DNA of 62,264 nt, counting the filler, from Stramenopiles sp. TOSAG23-3 (lineage: Eukaryota), in the NCBI GenBank assembly GCA_900128585.1. It is 4 parts of 4 records of this genome, joined end to end, with 100 filler letters (N's around TTAATTAATTAA, not from the genome) between each part and the next. Parts side by side here need not be neighbours in the genome. Positions count along the whole stretch, not along the records: positions 40,236 to 60,184 come from LT642386.1; positions 60,285 to 62,264 come from LT645184.1; 2 more parts are not named here. The stretch is one strand, 5' to 3'. The position numbers were made by a program, and so were the translations under genes. The notes beneath the pieces were generated by a model. That model was not told the DNA's origin and made no database searches. It saw only the letters and a list, made by a program, of their open reading frames with translations. Positions 54,506-62,264 of the stretch are shown here, piece after piece. How positions within the stretch are numbered: the stretch's first letter is position 1; each line of letters starts with the position of its first letter.

Positions 54506-57500
54506 TTAATCGTCTAACTGCGTCAACATTGCCACTCCAGCTTTAATCCATAAGTCACCGTGGCGATCCGATGGCATTCGAATCATCATGACAAAGTTTG
54601 TTGAGTGCCCAGTGGTAGAAAGCATACCTCTACGTTCGCTCGTTTTGTACACGGGACACTCGTAGTGTTGGTATACTGCCAAATCTTTGCTCGCCTTCGG
54701 CCTCAACCATATTACTGGAGCGTCCGCAAACAAAACCTTTGGTAACGACTCCGCCAAGCACTGTTTATCTGCATCCCACCGCGCACCATCTATGAACAAA
54801 CCGTATACATAGACTCCATCTTTTGGGGCTTTGCGATACATTTGTTGGGGTTTGGGCAAGACCTCAAAATCAAACCTAACGTCGTCTATCTCGACAGTGT
54901 AACGTCTAGCAAAATTTTGGGACGTCCCAGTCAAGAAAGCCTGGGTGAAGTAAAAACCAGACACCCAGAACGTGGGCGGTGCTTTCTTGTCCAACCATTT
55001 CTTGAAGAAACTCAATCGCTCCAGCAAATCTGTTACGTAGCTTGCCATGGGCTTTAGTGATGGATACGAGGCATCAAGCCATAAGTCCGGCACCTTGCCA
55101 AAAAAGAGCGAGTTTCCAGACTTCTCAATAGACGAGGACATAACCGTTAGCCCTTTCACGGCATCCATGATATCCTTCAAGCTCAAAGTGATAACATTCA
55201 CCAGAGCATTAAAACGCTCCAGCTCCTGGACCAGAACTGTGTTCATACTGTTATCCCACTTGACCGGATACTTCAGTTTCGCTATTTCCATATCAAACAC
55301 CTCAGGAAACTTTTCCCTTGTAGCCTTAGCTACCTCAAACAATATTTGCTCTGGGGATTTTGCATCATCGTCCTCGTTTCCACCTCCGCCAGACTCTTCC
55401 GTCAACAAAATCGATACGAACAATTCGTTCGTAGATTTTTGGTCCTTGGTCATATTTGCGTTTTCGTGCAGACAAAAGACCTCTGGGTCAACATTTAATG
55501 GCAAGGCTTGCGCGAATTTTACGTACGAATCATACGACCCGTCTTCCGGCATTTTGTAGCTCCCCGACTTTGTGATTTTATGACCTGGCTCCAACACCTC
55601 TGGTTTGAAGTAATCTTTCAATAATGTCATTAACAAGCGACGGTCCTTGTCATCGGTTACACGGCCACCGTAGTTGCACTGTCCCGTGCAGTAATTTAGA
55701 GCTTTAAAGGGCAATTTGTCGTACAAATCCAAGAACATCGCCAATTGTTTGATAGTAATACGAAGATCAGACTCGTTGAACTCATATGGGTTGTTCCACC
55801 CGAGAGCACCGAATTCGCGCCGTTCTTGGATATTGGCGTGAAAGAAGCACAATGAGTACAAAAGGACTCTAAATTCGTAAGCCTTCTTGACAGAACTGAA
55901 AAAGGTCGGATCAGATATGGGATCGTTCATGTAGGAGCCAATAATGTTTGCTCGCATGCCCGCTGGCGGTTCGACTGTCATCTTGACAGCATTTTGGAGG
56001 ATCGAAACGGGAAAGTCAGGCGACGGGTAAGTCGTGCACCATAAGCGGTAACCGGATTTGCAATCGCTTGGTTTCAACTGCTCGCAGATTCTTTCAAGTG
56101 AAGGCATCCAGCTCGTTGCCAAGTGACAGTTTTGCAAGATGACCCAGGAGCCATCTTTCATTGAATTTTTCATCAGGATTTCTGCCTTAGGGCCTTGTCC
56201 TTGCCCCAGAGAAATAGTATGGAGCGTGACATTGCCTTGATCGTGAACAAACTTCAACAAACCTGCCATAGGGTCCGACCCTGCAGAAAGCACAAACACT
56301 AGTGGGCTTGTAACACTCGAGTCTTCGTAACACGCGGCTAAATCGAAAGGGGGCGGCTTGACAAACCTGTCCCCTAACGAGTTCATAACAAAGCTGCGGA
56401 CTGCTACTACGATCTTGTCTGGGCGGATGGCGCGCAGTATAAGCATCTTTTGAAATTGCCCGAGGTTCTTGTCCCAGTCTCCAGGCAACTTTTCATTCTC
56501 GGGGTCCGAAGAGTCGTAGATGTGCCTCCACTCGCTGGCATTCCCTTGAAATGTATGTCTGAGTCCTGGGAACGCAGCCAAGTCCGCTATTCGGCAGATT
56601 TCGCCCCACGCTTTATCCGACAGCCACTCTTTGGCAGGATTCTTGTGTGGATTTTCAGTGACAACGCCACCGGTTATCAGGAAATACCATTCTGCATAAT
56701 CTATGTCCCCAACCTCTTGCTGAAGCCTCACTGTCATCAAAAACGAAAACAGCAATTTATCTTTTTCTAGCAGCGACCGACAAACATTGGCGTAAAGTGA
56801 ATACGAAAAAAAATCGATGATGTTTAGTAGCCGTTTCTGCATGTCTTTCGATGGTTGCGCTTTCTGGATCCCCGTAATGAACAAAGCCGTGTACCACTCG
56901 AGACTATATTGATACGTTGGCTCGATATTTGCCAAAGAAGCTATGGTGAAGTACAATATTTGGCCACGAATTGACACTGGCACGTAACCAGCACGGACTT
57001 TGTCAATTTGCTTTTCTGTTTCGTCCGCAACTGCCTGCTTTTCTTTGATGTCATTTGATATTATCTTACTCTCTTTCAAAGCGTTGATTGCTGCTGAGTC
57101 TTCCAAAATATTCCCGGACGACGTAGCCAATATGTGCAAAATCTTGTCCTCACATTCCTTTAAAAGGGCCGCATTTTTTGCTCCCAAAACGATCAATCGA
57201 TTTTTTTCCTCTGCCAAATCAGGCCTTTCTTCCTGAACGACACACGCAAGCAGCTGGTCACGCAGACCAATGGGCGTAATCATAAAATTAAGTAGAGTGA
57301 CTTTGACCGCTATCTCCGGCAGGTAATGCGGGTTCCTTAACTTCGTCGTTATGTAAAATCGAAAGTGCTCTGAATACTCCACGGTGTTGTCCCCCAGCCG
57401 AATGCTCATCACACCATTTTGTTTAAATATTGCTTTCTGCAAGACTGGCTCCAGGGTCGGGTCCATTTCTTCCAATACGTTCTCAAGCAATACAGGCGAA

Positions 57501-60184
57501 CCGAACTGCACTGCGTTCTCCACTTCTCGCATGAAGTTTGCGTCACTTAGCTTAATTATTTTCAAACCATTTGGCTTCTCAAAGCTTCGAACCCATTTGT
57601 TGGCTTGTCCTTGAGGGTCTATCATTAATGGCCAACGGCGCGAATTGAAGAGTATGATCCCGTTGTCCACTGACATGGAATCTGTCGGCAAACCATCAAC
57701 TTGCCATTGTCGAATCTTTACTGGGTCTCCTAATGTTTTTACTAGTGACGGTGCGTCCGAGCAAGGAATTAGCTTTTCTTTGCACATCTTCACCCAATCC
57801 TTCACAATATCCACACGAAAGTCGGTCGTAAAGGGGCCGAGATAGGCCATGATTCCCGATGCAATCAGCACATTTCCAGTGACATTTGTGTATTCATCAT
57901 TCAACTCAACCACTGATGCAGACCAGCGTGACTGCTCGCCGCCGAGACCATCAATTAATTCCTTTGCTCGTACCAGCTTCTCGTTGCACAGCTGCACGTT
58001 CGCCTCAAGCTCATCTTTTCTCTTTATCGCTTCTTGAAGGGCATTTTCTAACTGTGCTAATTCATCTTCTACTTTTTTCAGCTGTGTTTTCTTCTTGTTC
58101 AACCCCTCCATTGTTACAGCAAGGGACTTCTCTGACTCTTTCAGCTTTGCCCGCTTTGGGGCAACGACCTTCGCCACACGATCGTACGCTTCCATTGCCC
58201 GAACCCACTTACAGAGTCCCATGGCAGCAAGAGAAGCTTTTTTTATGATTGCTGGTTCGAACTCATCTTTGCTGATGTATTTTTTTCGAATAGTAGCCAC
58301 AATTTTTGGATCAATGTTATCTTTGTCGTAATCTTTCAATTTCTGGATAAATTTTGTATCTCCTAGCAAATGTTTTTTCGACGGCCCCCAGTAATCTTTG
58401 ATTTTTTTCGTGGGATCATTGGGGTCTTTAATCTTCTCAGCCTTAACGCCCATCATATCGCATACTGCAGACATTACCAATACCACCCCCGAAGGCGGGG
58501 TTTTCATGGCTTTTACTTCCGTAATGTCAGATGGTTTGAGGGTGTTTAAAGCGTTCATGGCATCTTCTAGTAAAGGAATTGCAACAGCAAGGTCATCCTC
58601 ACAAGACTTTTTCATGGCTGCGCAGGCATCGGCCTCAACTTGAATTATTGCGGCTTCCTTACCCACACTATCTTTCATTTTTGTTACCCCAGGAAGTTTC
58701 TCTTCGATTGTCGCCATCAATGCCTGTGTCTTCTTCGTAGAGTCTTCCAACACCGGAATCATATCAGTAAGTTCTTTTTGCATGGTTTCTACTTGCTCTG
58801 CGGCAAATGCCAGTTTTTCCAGACCGTTAGCGTATCGATCACGAGCAACTTTCACAATGTCCCGACGGACCTCTAAAGAAGAAAAAAACGCTTTTACTAA
58901 CTCAAGGTATGACGTAGGAGTCATGTACGTAACGCGTTTCAGTGCCTTTCCAAATCTTGCTGATAACTTTCTAGAACTTTGATGAAAATAACCACACGTG
59001 GTAACGATGGAAGATTTCACGTCCTCTGCAAGCTTTACATTCTTCAAGAAGGATGCTGCCACTGCTTCAAGGGCGTCTACCGGCCACGCAAAGAACCAGT
59101 CAATCGTGCTACAATTGATTATGGAAGGAAATTTTCTGAGCCGCATTCGAAATGCATCACCGATCGGACTGAAGGCGAGAACAATGTGAAGATTATCACG
59201 ACAGCGTCGCATGAAAAAGTCCCACAATTCAGCAGTTGTCATGTTTTTGCCATTCTTGAGTTCTTTAGCATGGGTTCTCATGGCATCAATTATTTCCATT
59301 TTTTCGTCCACAGCGAATATATTTGGAACTTCACCTGTATTAAGGATAGAACTTATGTCTTGGATAAATGTTTCGTCCTGTACTTGTGTGTCACTGAAAA
59401 GAAAGACGAACGGCCTTTGGCCACTACCACCGTTCTTCAAGACGTACTTGACGTCTTCTCTCCATTCTACCATACCGTAGTTTTTAGAAAGCTCTATTTG
59501 CTTAAGTTCATAGTCAAGCATAAACGCTGCCATCCGCGTCAAACTTTGGCGCCCACTGCCACCGACACCCACTAGAAGCATGTTCCCTCCTGGCATACTT
59601 AGAACACGGGCAATGCGGGAAATATGCTCTACGGCAAACACAAACAGCACCAAGTCCATCTTGGTTTTACTCATGTCATTATAGTCTACTAGAAACTTTT
59701 CCATCAATTTCACCAAGCCTTCTACATCCGATATCTCCTTATAACTCGGTTTACCATCAGTATGTGCGTAATTACCGAAAAAGAGACGTCTCAACGCTCC
59801 CAGCGACCCTTCGTTTTGCCCAGTTGGGTCCAAGTCTCCAATAACATCTGAAATTTTAAGGTTAAAGTGCTCTTTGATAAGACTCACGGCATGCTCGAGG
59901 AACCATTCATTGTCTTTCACGTCGACTAAGCGGTCGCTGATAACACGGGTGCATTCATGTAGCCACAATTTTGGCAGGGTCAATGAATTTAATTCTTCAT
60001 GGGGCGTGATGAGGAGAATACCCTGCACAATCCTTGCTACATCACGAACATTAAACGTGTAGTGAGATTTTGCTGGTGTCGGCAGCAGATTCTTCTGCGC
60101 TGAGGCATACATTGCCATTGTGGCAGCAACGAGGGGTTTAGCGAAACGGGAAGCATCCGAAGGCAGCTTTTTTGTAGTCATGTG
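54506..60184 (-). CDS. Axonemal dynein heavy chain (inner-arm type), 5'-partial
   Basis: LLPTPAKSHYTFN, GVGGSGRQS (AAA4), stalk/MTBD, RWPLMIDPQGQA, ISLGQGQG, WVILQNCHLA, CPVYKT..LSTTGHSTNF, ends QLDD. Confidence 0.97.
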   Translation of the reverse strand, partial: HMTTKKLPSDASRFAKPLVAATMAMYASAQKNLLPTPAKSHYTFNVRDVARIVQGILLITPHEELNSLTLPKLWLHECTRVISDRLVDVKDNEWFLEHAVSLIKEHFNLKISDVIGDLDPTGQNEGSLGALRRLFFGNYAHTDGKPSYKEISDVEGLVKLMEKFLVDYNDMSKTKMDLVLFVFAVEHISRIARVLSMPGGNMLLVGVGGSGRQSLTRMAAFMLDYELKQIELSKNYGMVEWREDVKYVLKNGGSGQRPFVFLFSDTQVQDETFIQDISSILNTGEVPNIFAVDEKMEIIDAMRTHAKELKNGKNMTTAELWDFFMRRCRDNLHIVLAFSPIGDAFRMRLRKFPSIINCSTIDWFFAWPVDALEAVAASFLKNVKLAEDVKSSIVTTCGYFHQSSRKLSARFGKALKRVTYMTPTSYLELVKAFFSSLEVRRDIVKVARDRYANGLEKLAFAAEQVETMQKELTDMIPVLEDSTKKTQALMATIEEKLPGVTKMKDSVGKEAAIIQVEADACAAMKKSCEDDLAVAIPLLEDAMNALNTLKPSDITEVKAMKTPPSGVVLVMSAVCDMMGVKAEKIKDPNDPTKKIKDYWGPSKKHLLGDTKFIQKLKDYDKDNIDPKIVATIRKKYISKDEFEPAIIKKASLAAMGLCKWVRAMEAYDRVAKVVAPKRAKLKESEKSLAVTMEGLNKKKTQLKKVEDELAQLENALQEAIKRKDELEANVQLCNEKLVRAKELIDGLGGEQSRWSASVVELNDEYTNVTGNVLIASGIMAYLGPFTTDFRVDIVKDWVKMCKEKLIPCSDAPSLVKTLGDPVKIRQWQVDGLPTDSMSVDNGIILFNSRRWPLMIDPQGQANKWVRSFEKPNGLKIIKLSDANFMREVENAVQFGSPVLLENVLEEMDPTLEPVLQKAIFKQNGVMSIRLGDNTVEYSEHFRFYITTKLRNPHYLPEIAVKVTLLNFMITPIGLRDQLLACVVQEERPDLAEEKNRLIVLGAKNAALLKECEDKILHILATSSGNILEDSAAINALKESKIISNDIKEKQAVADETEKQIDKVRAGYVPVSIRGQILYFTIASLANIEPTYQYSLEWYTALFITGIQKAQPSKDMQKRLLNIIDFFSYSLYANVCRSLLEKDKLLFSFLMTVRLQQEVGDIDYAEWYFLITGGVVTENPHKNPAKEWLSDKAWGEICRIADLAAFPGLRHTFQGNASEWRHIYDSSDPENEKLPGDWDKNLGQFQKMLILRAIRPDKIVVAVRSFVMNSLGDRFVKPPPFDLAACYEDSSVTSPLVFVLSAGSDPMAGLLKFVHDQGNVTLHTISLGQGQGPKAEILMKNSMKDGSWVILQNCHLATSWMPSLERICEQLKPSDCKSGYRLWCTTYPSPDFPVSILQNAVKMTVEPPAGMRANIIGSYMNDPISDPTFFSSVKKAYEFRVLLYSLCFFHANIQERREFGALGWNNPYEFNESDLRITIKQLAMFLDLYDKLPFKALNYCTGQCNYGGRVTDDKDRRLLMTLLKDYFKPEVLEPGHKITKSGSYKMPEDGSYDSYVKFAQALPLNVDPEVFCLHENANMTKDQKSTNELFVSILLTEESGGGGNEDDDAKSPEQILFEVAKATREKFPEVFDMEIAKLKYPVKWDNSMNTVLVQELERFNALVNVITLSLKDIMDAVKGLTVMSSSIEKSGNSLFFGKVPDLWLDASYPSLKPMASYVTDLLERLSFFKKWLDKKAPPTFWVSGFYFTQAFLTGTSQNFARRYTVEIDDVRFDFEVLPKPQQMYRKAPKDGVYVYGLFIDGARWDADKQCLAESLPKVLFADAPVIWLRPKASKDLAVYQHYECPVYKTSERRGMLSTTGHSTNFVMMIRMPSDRHGDLWIKAGVAMLTQLDD

Positions 60185-60284
60185 NNNNNNNNNNNNNNNN
60201 NNNNNNNNNNNNNNNNNNNNNNNNNNNNTTAATTAATTAANNNNNNNNNNNNNNNNNNNNNNNNNNNNNNNNNNNNNNNNNNNN
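60185..60284. other. Artificial contig linker
   Basis: N44-TTAATTAATTAA-N44. Confidence 0.98.
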
Positions 60285-60453
60285 CTTCTTTCTTCTTTTT
60301 CTTCTTCTTCTTCTTCTTCTTCTTCTTCTTCTTCTTCTTCTTCTTCTTCTTCTTCTTCTTCTTTCTTCTTCTTTTTCTTCTTCTTCTTCTTTCTTCTTCT
60401 TCTTCTTCCTTCCTCTTCTTCTTCTTTTTTCTTCTTCTTCTTCTTCTTCTTTC
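60285..60453 (+). repeat. (TTC)n microsatellite at contig end
   Basis: Read directly. Confidence 0.92.
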
Positions 60454-60895
60454 CTGAACGGTTCGGTTCGGTTATTGGTGCGCTGGTACGCTGTACCAAT
60501 AAAAAAAAACCACCCCAACATCAGCTAACCACCACCAACAACAACCGTTATAATTATTATTATTATTTATTATTTTTTATATTAGACACTATTATATAGA
60601 CGACTAATAATTCGGAACGGTGGCTTTACAGTGAAGAACCCACCGAATGTGCTTTCAGTGTTTGTTGTATTATATGTAAATTAGCGAATTCAATTTCTTA
60701 GGACCTGCTTAGACCGCACGCGGGAGTTACTGTCCCCAGTACTGCTGTACAATGACGCAAAAGCAAAGAAATTCACACCCGAATCAGTTTTAGACCATAC
60801 ATAGACGATTAGGTACGGAATCGAGCGCAGCGGCTAGTTAAGCGACAAGGCAACGAAAGGAACGGTCGTAGTGGACGCCGACGGTCACGGCAGTT

Positions 60896-62264
60896 ATGCC
60901 TACGGATGTAGAACTATCTAAATCGCACATTAAGAGGCTGCATAACTATTTAAACAAGCTACCGTCTCGAAGAGAGCATAAGAATAATGCTTTAAACAGA
61001 CATGTCACTAATTTTTGCACCTCATCTCAGAAAATTGAGCAAGCGATCGCTTTGCAAGTGAAATTATTGGAAGAGTTGACCCGAAGGTGCAAAGTGGCGT
61101 CCTTGAACCCTACCAAGATTGTCGTTGGTTCTGCTAAAGACTATGTCTCTGCTGCAAAAGCTGCGAAAATTAGACCGAGTGGCCACGAAAACAAAAGCAC
61201 AGACACATTTAGGGCAAAAAGCACCACCATTTTTTCGTTGTTGGACTCATTTTTTGCCCAAGTCTCCAGCAAAAGGTATTACGAGGACCACATTGCTGAC
61301 CTTCAACAAACTTTGAAAGGATCTGAAGAGAAATATCGGAAGCTTGTGGAAGAATCTAGTTTGCTGCGAGATGCCTTGGCAGAAAAAAATGCTGTGCAGC
61401 AAGCTAGGAAAGTCAGGAAGGAAACGGAAGGAAAGTGCGCTTGTTACACTCATTCAGTGGCCACAGCGCCGTCCACTGACGATAGCCTCTCCTCAGAGGC
61501 TAGCTGTGCCCTCGTCGTTGTAGAGTACAAATCCGAGTGCAGCCAAACTGAAAGTTCCTTCACTGATCAAGACGAAAACTTGGACGTGGTAGCGAAGATG
61601 AAGTCGTTTGTCGATCAAATTAATAACAATAAATTCATTACCGAAAGCCAAAAGAAGACGTTAAACTTTCTAAAGATGGAGTTGGGGGAGAGTAAAAGCA
61701 CTTCGTGTCGTTTGAAGAAAAAAGTGCTTGCCCAGACAGAACAAATTTCAAGCTTGCGAGAACGAAATCGGGAGAAGCACAAACGAATAGAGAAACTTTT
61801 AGCCGACATAAAAAAGGGGAGTAGTGTGCCGCTTATTTCGAACGAAAAAGAAGCAGCGCACTGTAAAGGTATTGAAAAGAAGTGGAAAGTGGTTTCGAAG
61901 GAATTGAGCGACTGCCAACAAGAGCTATCTGACAGCAGTGCAAAAGCGATTGCCCTAGAAGCCTCTTTGCTATCGAAGAAGCAAGAGATAATTTTTTTAC
62001 AGAGCAAGTTGACGGAAACTACTATTGCGAACGAGACAGAATCGTTCATAGCTGACCGTCGTCAGCGGGAAAAGAGTGCTTCGGAGCTCAAAAATGCTGA
62101 AAAATGCAATGCTTTAAAGGCCCAGATACGAATGTTAGAAGAACGTTCCGAGTTGTCAGCTTCTGCACTCCAGGCAGACGTGGGAAAAAAATCCCGTGAA
62201 ATCACCCAACTAAAAGAGGAAGTCATAGAACTAAAGGACGAGCTGGGGGCGGCCAACATGTGCC
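60896..62264 (+). CDS. Coiled-coil protein, 3'-partial (runs off the window)
   Basis: Manual translation is open from ATG 60896 (MPTDVELSKSHIKRL..) to the window end (..EVIELKDELGAANMC); absent from the ORF track because it has no stop. Confidence 0.8.
   Translation, partial: MPTDVELSKSHIKRLHNYLNKLPSRREHKNNALNRHVTNFCTSSQKIEQAIALQVKLLEELTRRCKVASLNPTKIVVGSAKDYVSAAKAAKIRPSGHENKSTDTFRAKSTTIFSLLDSFFAQVSSKRYYEDHIADLQQTLKGSEEKYRKLVEESSLLRDALAEKNAVQQARKVRKETEGKCACYTHSVATAPSTDDSLSSEASCALVVVEYKSECSQTESSFTDQDENLDVVAKMKSFVDQINNNKFITESQKKTLNFLKMELGESKSTSCRLKKKVLAQTEQISSLRERNREKHKRIEKLLADIKKGSSVPLISNEKEAAHCKGIEKKWKVVSKELSDCQQELSDSSAKAIALEASLLSKKQEIIFLQSKLTETTIANETESFIADRRQREKSASELKNAEKCNALKAQIRMLEERSELSASALQADVGKKSREITQLKEEVIELKDELGAANMC

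Noticed and set aside
20079-60284. Palindromic TTAATTAATTAA recurring about every 20 kb
   Set aside because: Synthetic linker between similarly sized contigs; not biological.
1-62264. Alternative genetic code, tRNA or rRNA genes
   Set aside because: Conserved genes translate cleanly and end in TAA, TAG and TGA; I recognised no tRNA or rRNA motifs.

Overview
Gene-dense, intron-poor eukaryotic DNA in the standard code. It is most consistent with a flagellated heterotrophic SAR/stramenopile-type protist; this is inferred from the axonemal dynein, CFAP20-like gene, DAP-pathway dapA, N-extended eL41 and secreted CAZymes. The window joins four separate contigs with 100-nt N/TTAATTAATTAA linkers (20079-20178, 40136-40235, 60185-60284), so adjacency across linkers means nothing. 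About 25 genes are supported: eL41 (missed by the ORF track), FKBP, DIM1, an EF-hand kinase, a head-to-head GH78/GH79 pair, a sterol desaturase-like gene, a bacterial-type GT4, a truncated PEP-synthase-like relic, an AT-rich TrpRS, a multi-GAF protein, a CNBD K+ channel, dapA and a partial dynein heavy chain. Three long genes are split by single frameshifts. The most unusual signals are in the AT-rich spacers: a ~407-bp foldback element, a 7-copy repeat family at gene 3' flanks, many TA-CCG-TA and TA-GAC-TA heptamers that look like Tc1/mariner/pogo excision footprints, and 2-4-nt stutter duplications. One aligned repeat copy shows the footprint-like and stutter insertions directly. All family calls are from motif recognition only; no searches were run.
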